Below, in pieces: positions 1 through 8,490 of a stretch of 64,000 nt of DNA. Source of the stretch: an uncultured Gammaproteobacteria bacterium (GTDB taxonomy: Bacteria; Patescibacteriota; Patescibacteriia; UBA9934); contig CAYVLY010000001.1 of NCBI GenBank assembly GCA_964452565.1, forward strand, positions 515,053 to 579,052. The letters run 5' to 3'. The translations under genes were made by a program, and so were the position numbers. Position 1 is the first letter of the stretch, and each line of letters opens with the position of its first letter. The notes under the pieces are model-generated. The model searched no databases, was not told the DNA's origin, and was given only the letters and a program-made list of their open reading frames with translations.

Positions 1-1704
1 AAAAAGGAAGAAAAACCTAAAAAAGAAGTTGTTGGAAAAACAGAGGAGGAGATGACTCCAGCAGAAAAACTCCAGCGCAAGATGGCAAAGATTGAGGTTG
101 GATCAAAGGAGAAAGAAGCCGAGACTATTGCAAAGGCTCATAATATTCCGTACATCAACCTTGTTGGCTTTGCCATCAGTCCGGATGCGCTTCGCCTGAT
201 CCCAGAGGATAAAGCCAAAGAAATCAAAACACTTGCATTTCTTTACACTGGCCCTGAGCTACGGATTGCAAGTACAGATCCAACCAACGAGGATATCAAG
301 CAACTTGCATTTGGACTTGGTGAACGTTTGAAGACTCGCGCGATTCTATACAAAATCACAGACGATTCCTTTAATCATGCTGTGGAGCTGTACCGAACGC
401 TTCCAAAGATCCGCAAAATAGTTAAAGGAGTTCAGATTAAAGAAGAAGAGCTTTCCGCTTACCAGGAAAAGATGGAAAGCTTTAAGGATATTGATGCCAT
501 TCTAAAAGAAGCGAGTATCACAGATGTATTGGCGATCGTAGTTGCTGCAGCACTTAAGCTTGGATCATCAGACATTCACATTGAGGCAGAAGAAAAAGAC
601 ATTGCTGTTCGATTGCGTGTTGATGGAATCCTGCAAGATGTTGCAAAGATTGATGTAAAACAATGGAAAAAAATCATCAACCGAATTAAGTTGATAGCGG
701 GCTTAAAGCTCAACATTACAGACAAGCCACAAGATGGCCGATTCACAATCTATCAAAAAGACAAAAAGATCGATGTTCGTACCTCTACCCTTCCGACCGC
801 ATGGGGCGAGTCAGTTGTAATGCGTATCTTAAATCCAGACTCGATTCAGTTAGAGTTTGAGCAACTTGGATTCCGCAAAGCAGCGTTTGAGCGCCTAGCT
901 CGCGAGATCGAGAAGCCACATGGAATGGTGATCACTACTGGACCAACTGGATCTGGTAAGACTACAACTCTGTATGCTGTTTTGAAAAGGCTCAATAAGC
1001 CGGGCGTAAAGATCATCACACTTGAAGATCCTGTTGAGTACAAGCTGGAAGGCATCAACCAAAGTCAGATTGATCATTCAAAAGAGTACACATTTGCAAA
1101 AGGACTACGTTCGATTCTTCGACAAGACCCAGACATCGTACTTGTTGGTGAGATCCGTGACCTTGAAACTGCAGAGACTGCGATTCAGGCATCACTCACT
1201 GGTCACTTACTACTCTCTACGATCCATACCAATGACGCTGCAGGTGCTATCCCGCGATTCACTGCAATGGGCGTTAAGCCATTCTTATTGGCACCTTCTT
1301 TGAACGCAATCATGGGTCAACGACTTGTACGACGAGTGTGTGAAAGCTGCAAACAAGATGATACTATCGAGCCTGATGTTCTTACAAAGGTCAAGGAAAT
1401 GCTTGATGCAATTCCTGAAAACTCTGGAGAGCCAAAGCCTGATACTTCAGCTATGAAGTTTTACAAAGGTGCAGGATGTGATAGGTGTAACAAGACAGGG
1501 TACAAAGGACGCGTTGGAATTTATGAGATCCTAATCAAAGACGATGCTGTTGAAAAATTCATTCTAGAGGGCGATGTTTCTGAATACAAGATGCGAGAGG
1601 TTGCAACAGCTCAAGGGATGATCAACATGGCACAGGATGGACTCTTAAAGGCACTTGAAGGACAGACCTCTATCGAAGAAATTCGAAGAGTGACTGGATT
1701 CTAA
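1..1704 (+). CDS. pilB: Type IV pilus/T2SS assembly ATPase (PilB/GspE family), 5' part probably outside window
   Basis: Walker A GPTGSGKTT, ITLEDPVEY, LRQDPD..VGEIRD, TGHL, CxxC..CxxC zinc motif; frame is open from position 1. Confidence 0.92.
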   Translation, partial: KKEEKPKKEVVGKTEEEMTPAEKLQRKMAKIEVGSKEKEAETIAKAHNIPYINLVGFAISPDALRLIPEDKAKEIKTLAFLYTGPELRIASTDPTNEDIKQLAFGLGERLKTRAILYKITDDSFNHAVELYRTLPKIRKIVKGVQIKEEELSAYQEKMESFKDIDAILKEASITDVLAIVVAAALKLGSSDIHIEAEEKDIAVRLRVDGILQDVAKIDVKQWKKIINRIKLIAGLKLNITDKPQDGRFTIYQKDKKIDVRTSTLPTAWGESVVMRILNPDSIQLEFEQLGFRKAAFERLAREIEKPHGMVITTGPTGSGKTTTLYAVLKRLNKPGVKIITLEDPVEYKLEGINQSQIDHSKEYTFAKGLRSILRQDPDIVLVGEIRDLETAETAIQASLTGHLLLSTIHTNDAAGAIPRFTAMGVKPFLLAPSLNAIMGQRLVRRVCESCKQDDTIEPDVLTKVKEMLDAIPENSGEPKPDTSAMKFYKGAGCDRCNKTGYKGRVGIYEILIKDDAVEKFILEGDVSEYKMREVATAQGMINMAQDGLLKALEGQTSIEEIRRVTGF

Positions 1705-1758
1705 CAGAACATAGACCACAGATATAGGCCTGGCGATGCCAGGCCTTTTGAAATCTCG

Positions 1759-1976
1759 GGCCTGTCACGAGCACGTTCAGGTTCATCCTCGGGCAGGAGA
1801 ACGGAATAGCATTTTGATGTCCAATTTCTCTATAGATACAAATTGGATCTCCAAAATACCCGTTAGTATGTACCGAGGTATACCTGGACGAGCGCAGTAT
1901 GGGCCAGGCAGTTTCTTTTCTCCATTTCTTTGCTGCTTCAAAGAAATGGGTCCAGGGGCTTGGGGCAGGATACCCC
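1759..1976. repeat. ~220-bp structured repeat (MITE-like or ncRNA), copy A
   Basis: Highly similar to 6625-6844; long irregular hairpin, then CCATTTCTTTG-ctgctt-CAAAGAAATGG hairpin, then GGGGC..CCCC end. Confidence 0.8.
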
Positions 1977-2018
1977 GAATAAAACCGCTATTTTTGGCTA
2001 TTTTTCTTACTGCTTGAC

Positions 2019-2047
2019 TTGACAAAGAGCATTTTCTATGCTAGTGT
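2019..2047 (+). promoter_or_regulatory. Sigma70 promoter of the small-gene array
   Basis: TTGACA-17 nt-TAGTGT with TG extension. Confidence 0.7.
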
Positions 2048-2148
2048 TAGCTGTCCTTTTGCGAACTAAGTCGCGATTTCGGACGGCTGATGCTGACGCT
2101 GGAGAAGCTGAAATGAACCCCACCCCACCCCTAGAGGAGATCGCGGAC

Positions 2149-2388
2149 ATGTCCACGGCTACCCCTGATACGAGGAAGTGGGTGATGCTCATCTTCACCT
2201 TCTTCATCGCTGCCATCGCTGGCGTGGTCGGCGGAGCCCTGCTGGTCTGCCTGTTCTGCCTGATGATCAGCGGAAATGTGGACCCCCAGAACACCGCTCA
2301 CACCGACTCCATCTGGACCGGTGCCATCGTATTCGGAATCATGGGTCTGTGGATCCGCGCCGATCTCTTGATGAATCGTGGCCGTTGA
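2149..2388 (+). CDS. Small membrane protein (array gene 1)
   Basis: GAGGAG SD before ATG 2149; two hydrophobic segments; C-ending codons. Confidence 0.7.
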   Translation: MSTATPDTRKWVMLIFTFFIAAIAGVVGGALLVCLFCLMISGNVDPQNTAHTDSIWTGAIVFGIMGLWIRADLLMNRGR

Positions 2389-2421
2389 TCAAAAGCCACA
2401 GCATCAAACAACCTTTCGTCT

Positions 2422-2479
2422 GCCGGTCCCTGACCGGCGGCCATCAATGATCACAACAAGCTTGTGCTCATCGATGACC
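2422..2479 (+). repeat. Two-hairpin intergenic unit 1
   Basis: GCCGGTC-cct-GACCGGC abutting a 41-nt hairpin at 2439-2479. Confidence 0.7.
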
Positions 2480-2499
2480 CCAACCCCCTGGAGCGCTCA

Positions 2500-2661
2500 A
2501 TGAAAACCCTAAAGAGAGTCGTCTTCTTCCCGGCTGAACTCATCATAGGAGTGTACGTGGCATTCGCGCTCGCGTTCATTCTCCGCAACATGTTCCCGAA
2601 CTTCTTCGGGTGCATGCACAGCGGCGGATCAACCAGCCGTGGTCATCCGCGCCCGTGGTAG
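2500..2661 (+). CDS. Small membrane protein (array gene 2, 53 aa)
   Basis: CCCCTGGAG SD, ATG 2500, one TM segment. Confidence 0.6.
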   Translation: MKTLKRVVFFPAELIIGVYVAFALAFILRNMFPNFFGCMHSGGSTSRGHPRPW

Positions 2662-2684
2662 TGCGACGCACCTCCCTTCTCCCT

Positions 2685-2747
2685 CGCGGGGATATCTCAT
2701 CCCCGCGCCCGTCAATATTCATAACTCAGTTGTGACTATCGATGGGC
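2685..2747 (+). repeat. Two-hairpin intergenic unit 2
   Basis: CGCGGGGAT-atctc-ATCCCCGCG abutting a 41-nt hairpin at 2707-2747. Confidence 0.7.
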
Positions 2748-2772
2748 AAACATCTTTCACAGGAGAAATACG

Positions 2773-3159
2773 ATGATCGCTCAACTCGGACAGCTTCTCG
2801 GCTCAGTCCCTGAAGTCCTCATGCAGGGCTTCGCGTGGGTCTTCAGCCTCTGGATGGGATGGGCGATCTGGACCGTGCTCATGTGCGCACCGATCTACTT
2901 GTTGGCCCTTGGGGTCAGCTTGTTCGGCATCAAGAGCAAGTTCATGAGCAAGATCGTCACCACAACGGTCAAGATCAATGCACTTGCAGCCTCGGCCCCA
3001 GTCTCCCTCCCCATCCTCGCCCTCTACCACGGCACCCGTCTGCTGTTCAGCGTGAACTCTGGCAACCAACGCCAGGGGAATCGCAACCAGCGTCGCGGCC
3101 GCCAGCCGCAGCAACGCTATAGCCTGGTCAACATCGACCTCAGGCGAAGGCGGCGGTAG
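2773..3159 (+). CDS. Membrane protein with Arg/Gln-rich tail (array gene 3)
   Basis: AGGAGA SD; hydrophobic N-half, basic C-terminus. Confidence 0.75.
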   Translation: MIAQLGQLLGSVPEVLMQGFAWVFSLWMGWAIWTVLMCAPIYLLALGVSLFGIKSKFMSKIVTTTVKINALAASAPVSLPILALYHGTRLLFSVNSGNQRQGNRNQRRGRQPQQRYSLVNIDLRRRRR

Positions 3160-3178
3160 CGCTCTTTCACCCTTCTTC

Positions 3179-3242
3179 CCTGCGATCCACAAGGCTCGCA
3201 GGTCCGCCAAAGTTTAGTACTTGATACTAGCCTTTGGCGGGC
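3179..3242 (+). repeat. Two-hairpin intergenic unit 3
   Basis: CCTGCGA..TCGCAGG plus 41-nt GTCCGCCAAAG-tt-TAGTA-cttga-TACTA-gc-CTTTGGCGGGC. Confidence 0.85.
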
Positions 3243-3276
3243 AAAACACTAACGGCCATTGGCCAAAGGAGACGCA

Positions 3277-3537
3277 ATGTACAACAGCCTGATCAGAAAC
3301 ATCGAAGAATCGGCAAACAAGTGCGTCGATTTCATCGAGCAGCACATCCTGGCGACCTTCCTGGCCGTCGCCTTCACCTGCGGCTTCATCACACCCCTTG
3401 CCCAGCAGGGCAGCATCACCGAAGCCCTGATCTACGGCTTCGCAACTACGATCGCCCTGCCGATCGCGATGGTGCCGGTCCTGGTGTGGTGCTCGTACAC
3501 CTGGAACGAAAAGCTGGACGGGCCTCGGCCCAACTAG
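3277..3537 (+). CDS. Small membrane protein (array gene 4)
   Basis: AAGGAG SD, ATG 3277, two TM segments. Confidence 0.72.
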   Translation: MYNSLIRNIEESANKCVDFIEQHILATFLAVAFTCGFITPLAQQGSITEALIYGFATTIALPIAMVPVLVWCSYTWNEKLDGPRPN

Positions 3538-3545
3538 CAAATCTG

Positions 3546-3616
3546 CTCCTTCTCACGCCTGGCGCTCGGCCGGGCGTCCGCCAAAGTTTAGCACTCGATG
3601 CTGGCCTTTGGTGGAC
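3546..3616 (+). repeat. Two-hairpin intergenic unit 4
   Basis: CTCCTTCTC-ACGCCTGGC..GCCGGGCGT plus 41-nt hairpin 3576-3616; near-identical to 3986-4056. Confidence 0.9.
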
Positions 3617-3641
3617 TTCAACCTTTTCCCTGGAGAGATCC

Positions 3642-3968
3642 ATGTCCAGCAAGCCCGATCACATCGTAAGCGCAATCCTCCTGATCATCGGCGCAACTAT
3701 CTACACCACAACGCTGTCAACGGCATATGTCGTGCTCATGACCTGGTATATCACGATCACGCCCCTCTTCGTCTTCGCAGCCGGCCTGTTCATGGGCTGC
3801 GTGATCCTGATCATGGCCATCAAAGACCAAGGCAACCTGAGATTCGCGATGGCTCTGCTTACAGCCCTGGGTGTGGCGTTCAACTTTCCGATGACCCTTG
3901 TAGCTCTCGGAACCCAGTTCGGAGAGGACGTGGTCCTCGCTTGTCTGGGGGCTGGCGGTCTGCTGTGA
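3642..3968 (+). CDS. Membrane protein (array gene 5)
   Basis: CCCTGGAG SD, ATG 3642, three TM segments; similar layout to gene 6 (TQFGED vs TQIGED). Confidence 0.72.
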   Translation: MSSKPDHIVSAILLIIGATIYTTTLSTAYVVLMTWYITITPLFVFAAGLFMGCVILIMAIKDQGNLRFAMALLTALGVAFNFPMTLVALGTQFGEDVVLACLGAGGLL

Positions 3969-3985
3969 CCGCTGTGCCGATCCAC

Positions 3986-4056
3986 CTCCTTCTCACGCCT
4001 GGCATTCGGCCGGGCGTCCGCCAAAGTTTAGAACTTGATTCTGGCCTTTGGTGGAC
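3986..4056 (+). repeat. Two-hairpin intergenic unit 5
   Basis: Near-identical to unit 4, with a compensatory change in the apical stem. Confidence 0.9.
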
Positions 4057-4093
4057 GTGAGACAACAATGTGGCCAGAAAGGCCTGAAAGGAC

Positions 4094-4453
4094 ATGCCAA
4101 TGTCCAAAAAATCCCTCTTCCGTCTTCTGGTCTGCGTTCCCTGCCTTATCACAGGCGCAGCGCTGTACGTAGGAACACTTTCCACAGGGGCAATCATGCT
4201 GATGGCCTGCTATGGAGCAGCAATGCCGCTCATCGCCTTTGTGGCAGCACTGCTCGTGGGAACCGTGCTCATCCTCTACGCGCTCCATGACCAGCACGAG
4301 CAGGACATCAAGAAGGTCTTCCTGGTACTGAGCCTGGTGGGAATCGCTCTGATCCTCCCGGTCACACCACTCGCTTTCTATACCCAGATCGGTGAGGACA
4401 CGATCCTCGAACTCTACAAGACCCTGCACTTCAGCTGGCCGCGTGGAGACTGA
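4094..4453 (+). CDS. Membrane protein (array gene 6)
   Basis: GAAGGA SD, three TM segments; probable distant paralog of gene 5. Confidence 0.72.
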   Translation: MPMSKKSLFRLLVCVPCLITGAALYVGTLSTGAIMLMACYGAAMPLIAFVAALLVGTVLILYALHDQHEQDIKKVFLVLSLVGIALILPVTPLAFYTQIGEDTILELYKTLHFSWPRGD

Positions 4454-4474
4454 CCTGGAACCCACACTCTACTC

Positions 4475-4527
4475 GCCCCAACTGGGGCACATCCAGTGCA
4501 CATGATTCAATCATGTTCAATGGATAT
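4475..4527 (+). repeat. Two-hairpin intergenic unit 6 (array end)
   Basis: GCCCCA-ac-TGGGGC plus 39-nt hairpin 4489-4527. Confidence 0.65.
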
Positions 4528-4528
4528 C

Positions 4529-4565
4529 AAAACAACCCCAATCTCTCAGGGGGTTGTTTTGTTTT
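4529..4565. terminator. Bidirectional intrinsic terminator
   Basis: AAAACAACCCC..GGGGTTGTTTT between convergent genes. Confidence 0.7.
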
Positions 4566-4660
4566 ACAGCCGGCCGATAATTACATTATACCGGCTGGGA
4601 TCCCTCGGCATCCGCCTCGGGATGGACATGAGGGAGTAGGTTGTTTTGTTTTAAACTCTT

Positions 4661-4990
4661 TTATTTCTTTTCCAAAATAGCGTAGATCACTGCATTTTGT
4701 TGACCACCACGTGAGGCAACTTTGGAATACTTCACCAAAGGGTGTCTTTGAACAAATGGTTCCGCTGCTCGTAATAAAGCTCCGGTTCCATGTCCACAAA
4801 TAATCCTAACCAACTCTTCTCCTGCCATAAACGCCCGGTCTAACTCAAGATCAATCTCACGCTCAGCATCATGAACATCCATCCCATGCAAATCAACCTC
4901 TGGAATATCTTGCCGCATCTCCGCTATCGAGACCAGCGTTTCGTAATAGGATTCCCGGCCACGCCCAGCCCTTGTATCACGTCTGTTCAT
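4661..4990 (-). CDS. Smr/MutS2 C-terminal domain protein
   Basis: VDLHGM..A, IICGHGTGAL motifs. Confidence 0.85.
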   Translation of the reverse strand: MNRRDTRAGRGRESYYETLVSIAEMRQDIPEVDLHGMDVHDAEREIDLELDRAFMAGEELVRIICGHGTGALLRAAEPFVQRHPLVKYSKVASRGGQQNAVIYAILEKK

Positions 4991-5412
4991 AATTTCTTAA
5001 TATCAATTTTTCGAGTTTCTGCATCAACATGATCAATCTTAACCACATGAGTTGGTTCGAATGGCGATCTTTCAAAAACATCTGGCCACTCAACACAGAT
5101 CACGGTCTTATCATTCACATAATCCTCAAGTTCTAAAGCTCCCAGCTCTGACGCATCCTTAAATCGATACAAATCAAGGTGTGCGATCTTTTCTACATGA
5201 TCTCCCTGTACTGGATATTCATTCATAATCGTAAAAGTCGGACTTTTGACCCGTGCATTTGACCCAAGTGCCTCTACCATTCCACGTACAAACACAGTCT
5301 TCCCTGCCCCCAAATCTCCAACTATCTCAATAAACTCTCCACCTTGAAGATTTCTCGCAAACTCTGCTGCGATTTCTTTTGTTTGTAATTCTGATGTTGA
5401 TGTGTAGTTCAT
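4987..5412 (-). CDS. tsaE: tRNA t6A biosynthesis ATPase TsaE
   Basis: GDLGAGKT, VKSPTF, HLDLYR, VEWP. Confidence 0.95.
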   Translation of the reverse strand: MNYTSTSELQTKEIAAEFARNLQGGEFIEIVGDLGAGKTVFVRGMVEALGSNARVKSPTFTIMNEYPVQGDHVEKIAHLDLYRFKDASELGALELEDYVNDKTVICVEWPDVFERSPFEPTHVVKIDHVDAETRKIDIKKL

Positions 5413-5497
5413 AAATACAGTAGACAGTATACAGTAGACGGTGTGCAGTTCGAGATCCTGAACTGCCTACCGCATTCTGCCTACCGTATACTATTTT

Positions 5498-6541
5498 CTA
5501 AACAATATCCATATTCGAATCCGCGGCTAAGTCCTCAGGTTCGATATAGTTCTTCTCATCCTGAGCGCGGAAGTATCCTGCCGCAGCGATCATTGCTGCA
5601 TTATCAACTGAATAACTAAATGGTGGAACAAAAACTCGTGTAGCTCGACGTTCACCCTCTTTCTGTATCCTCTTTCGAAGCTCAATATTTGCAGCAACTC
5701 CACCGGCCAAGATAAACGACTTTGGTTTGTACTCCTCAATCGCTCGCATGGACTTCTGAGTTAATACATCTACGACCGCCTCCTGGAATGATGCTGCAAT
5801 ATTTCGTCGAAACACCTCATCTTCGATCTTATCCTCATGCTTTCGAAGCGTGTAAAGCACTGAGGTCTTTAATCCTGAAAAACTAAAATCAAAATTATCT
5901 TGATCAACTAGTCCACGTGGGAAATCAAACATATCTGTTTCACCTCCTACAGCAAGACGTGCAATATGTGGTCCGCCCGGATACGGCAACCCCAACATCT
6001 TTGCAACCTTATCAAAAGCTTCACCTGCAGCATCATCCATTGTCTCACCAATACGCTCAAACTCTCCATGACCTTTCATTAAAACCAATTCCGAGTGACC
6101 ACCTGAAACAATTAAACTAAGCGCGGGAAACTTAGGAACCGGTTGCGGCAAGAACGGAAGCAATCGCTTCGCGCGCGGCAACCAACTTGCATAAATGTGA
6201 CCCTCAAGATGACAGATTGGCACAAGAGGCACCCCCCAACTCCAAGCCAAGGTCTTTGCAACCTCAACTCCGATGCGTAGTGCTGGTGCTAAACCAGGCC
6301 CAGATGTGACAGCAATCGCATCGATCCCCTTTCCATCAAAAGGAATCTCACGCTCCAACATCGGGAAAATAGCAGCCAGATGTTCACGCGCTGCCACCTC
6401 GGGTACCACTCCTCCATATTGCTGATGAGTTTGGATCTGCGATAGTACTGTAGAGTTTTCAACCCTAAGCTGACTGCCTCTGCCCCTCACAAGCGCCAGA
6501 GCGGTCTCATCACAACTTGATTCAATTCCAAGAATTCTCAT
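5498..6541 (-). CDS. tsaD: tRNA N6-threonylcarbamoyltransferase TsaD
   Basis: ILGIESSCDET, GGVVPEVAAREH, HLEGH, DDAAGEAFDK, DNAAMI; start set at MRILG. Confidence 0.97.
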   Translation of the reverse strand: MRILGIESSCDETALALVRGRGSQLRVENSTVLSQIQTHQQYGGVVPEVAAREHLAAIFPMLEREIPFDGKGIDAIAVTSGPGLAPALRIGVEVAKTLAWSWGVPLVPICHLEGHIYASWLPRAKRLLPFLPQPVPKFPALSLIVSGGHSELVLMKGHGEFERIGETMDDAAGEAFDKVAKMLGLPYPGGPHIARLAVGGETDMFDFPRGLVDQDNFDFSFSGLKTSVLYTLRKHEDKIEDEVFRRNIAASFQEAVVDVLTQKSMRAIEEYKPKSFILAGGVAANIELRKRIQKEGERRATRVFVPPFSYSVDNAAMIAAAGYFRAQDEKNYIEPEDLAADSNMDIV

Positions 6542-6624
6542 ATGTCTGCAGAATACAGTAGGCAATGGTCATTGGCAACATTCTCAAACACACCGAGGTC
6601 CCCAGCCAATCTTCTTCACCTCTA

Positions 6625-6844
6625 AGCCACACTGCGAGCACGTCCAGGTCTATCCTCGGGCAGGAAGACGGAATAGCATTTTGATGTCCAATTTCTCCTT
6701 AGATATAAATTGGATCTCCAAAATGCCCGTCTGTATGCCTGAGGTATACCTGGACAGCGCAGCACTGTGGCTAGCAGTTTCTTTTCCCCATTTCTTTGCT
6801 GCTTCAAAGAAATGGGGCCAGGGGTTGGGGGCAGGATGCCCCCA
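6625..6844. repeat. ~220-bp structured repeat, copy B
   Basis: Similar to 1759-1976 with compensatory changes (AACGG/CCGTT vs GACGG/CCGTC). Confidence 0.8.
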
Positions 6845-6963
6845 CTACTAAGTTATTGACATTTCTACAATAATTCGCTATTGTACCGCCTTCTTGTGTT
6901 GGCGATTGTGTCGACCGATTGAAGATCAAACACTGCAACCAAAGGTAAATCGCAGTGAACGAA

Positions 6964-8208
6964 ATGCCCCTTTCCCCCACCACCCTAGCCATCATGGCCA
7001 TGGCTCAGAACCCCGACCTGGCGGTCCTCAGGCTCATCATCCACAGCACCGGCGACTGCCTGCATGTGGACATGCCCGACTTCGGCATCAACAACTGCAC
7101 CGCCATCCCCGACGGAAGCCCCACTAGCTACCGCTGTCAGCTCTGCTGGGACATCAGGACGGGACACCTCGGTACCGACCTGACGGCCGGCACCTACCAG
7201 GTGTCCATGGGCGAGATGAACGGAGTGCAGCTGACCGACGTCGATTTCCGTGACGAACGCGAGCCCCTGGACGACGACGAGCTGACTGCGATCCGCAGCG
7301 CCTTCGCCAAGGCCTTCGGCCCGGTCCGCCGCGAGCTCGTGGAGCAGCTCGGGCTGTGGAACGCGACCCTCGAGGAGCACACGCCCCGCCACCTATGTGA
7401 GCCCATGATGCGCTACCTCGAGTTGCGCATCCAGACCAGCGGCGACAACGTGAGCCACCTGGTCCGCGAGCTCAAGGATGGCACCCTCTGGACCATCGTC
7501 GGCCTCTCCAGCGAGAAGGGCGAACACTGCAAGAGCCAGGCACGACTCCGCGGGAGCGACGAACAGCCCCATCTGCTGGACATTCTCAGGGACCCGAGCT
7601 TGCTCTTCCGCGAGCTCGACCGCTCCATGAGCGACAGATCGCGCCACACCTGGGACATCCCGCGAATCGACTTCGAGTCGCGGATACCAGGCTTCGGTGA
7701 CCTGCTCGAGCGCAACTGCATGCCGCAAATCTTCGAATTCAGCGGCACCTTCGGCAGCGCCTTCGCGAACGCCATGGCCGAGGTCTACCAGCAGTGGGTG
7801 AACCAGCAGATGCCAGGCATGCTGGCCGAGATGCTCCGCGACCGCCGCGAGCAGATCCAGACGGCCGAAAGTGATCTCAAGGCCCACATGACCCCGCCCG
7901 CGCCGGAGCCCGAGGTGGAGGAGCCCGAGATCCAGCCCCCGACCGACGGGCCGCCGTATGACTGCACCGAGCCGCCCGAGAACGACCCCGAGCCCCTGGA
8001 CCCCAGCTTCGACGAGTCGAGCGGCCACAATCCCGAGGACGAAGAGCAGATCGAGCCGCCCACCCCCGTGTCCGAGGATGAACTGCCGGAGGAGCCGGTC
8101 GTGGAGCCCGAGCCCGAGGAGCCGGTAGCCGAGCCGCCCGTGCCCGCCAATGACGAGGCGGACGCCGAGGAGCCCGAGCCCGAGATGGAGGAAGAAGAGG
8201 AGGAGTAG
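6964..8208 (+). CDS. GC-rich hypothetical protein with Pro/Glu-rich acidic tail
   Basis: Long ORF with strong C/G third-position bias; promoter TTGACA-17-TATTGT at 6856-6884; two 3' hairpins at 8231-8308. Confidence 0.75.
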   Translation: MPLSPTTLAIMAMAQNPDLAVLRLIIHSTGDCLHVDMPDFGINNCTAIPDGSPTSYRCQLCWDIRTGHLGTDLTAGTYQVSMGEMNGVQLTDVDFRDEREPLDDDELTAIRSAFAKAFGPVRRELVEQLGLWNATLEEHTPRHLCEPMMRYLELRIQTSGDNVSHLVRELKDGTLWTIVGLSSEKGEHCKSQARLRGSDEQPHLLDILRDPSLLFRELDRSMSDRSRHTWDIPRIDFESRIPGFGDLLERNCMPQIFEFSGTFGSAFANAMAEVYQQWVNQQMPGMLAEMLRDRREQIQTAESDLKAHMTPPAPEPEVEEPEIQPPTDGPPYDCTEPPENDPEPLDPSFDESSGHNPEDEEQIEPPTPVSEDELPEEPVVEPEPEEPVAEPPVPANDEADAEEPEPEMEEEEEE

Positions 8209-8490
8209 CCCTGCAGGGCTGCACCAACCCGCCCAGCTGAGCTGGGCACGTCAGACTGCCGGTGACAGCGACCCACGCCTAGTGCGTGTGCGTCCGCTGT
8301 CACCGGTGTTTTGCATTCTGAAAAAGTGATAAGAGGATGAAAAGGTTATAAAAGTGATGAAAAGTCTATCTTTTCAATAATCACCTTTAATCACTTCTTC
8401 AACCTCTATCATTTTCCAACTAGACAAAACCCAAAAAAAATGGTGAATTATGGGTAGTTACAGAACGTCCCTTTCCACCATGAGGAAACC

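Noticed and set aside
1736-2025. ORFs over the ~220-bp repeat (also 6622-6807)
   Set aside because: They are translations of the structured repeat, and indels between the copies break the frame.
3234-3641. 244-aa ORF spanning array genes 4 and 5
   Set aside because: It reads through the hairpin repeat out of frame with gene 4; SD and hydrophobicity support separate genes starting at 3277 and 3642.
3179-4056. CRISPR array or classical integron attC array
   Set aside because: Repeats are separated by whole genes of 260-390 bp rather than 30-40-nt spacers, no cas genes are present, and there are no RYYYAAC/GTTRRRY boxes, extrahelical bases or adjacent intI.
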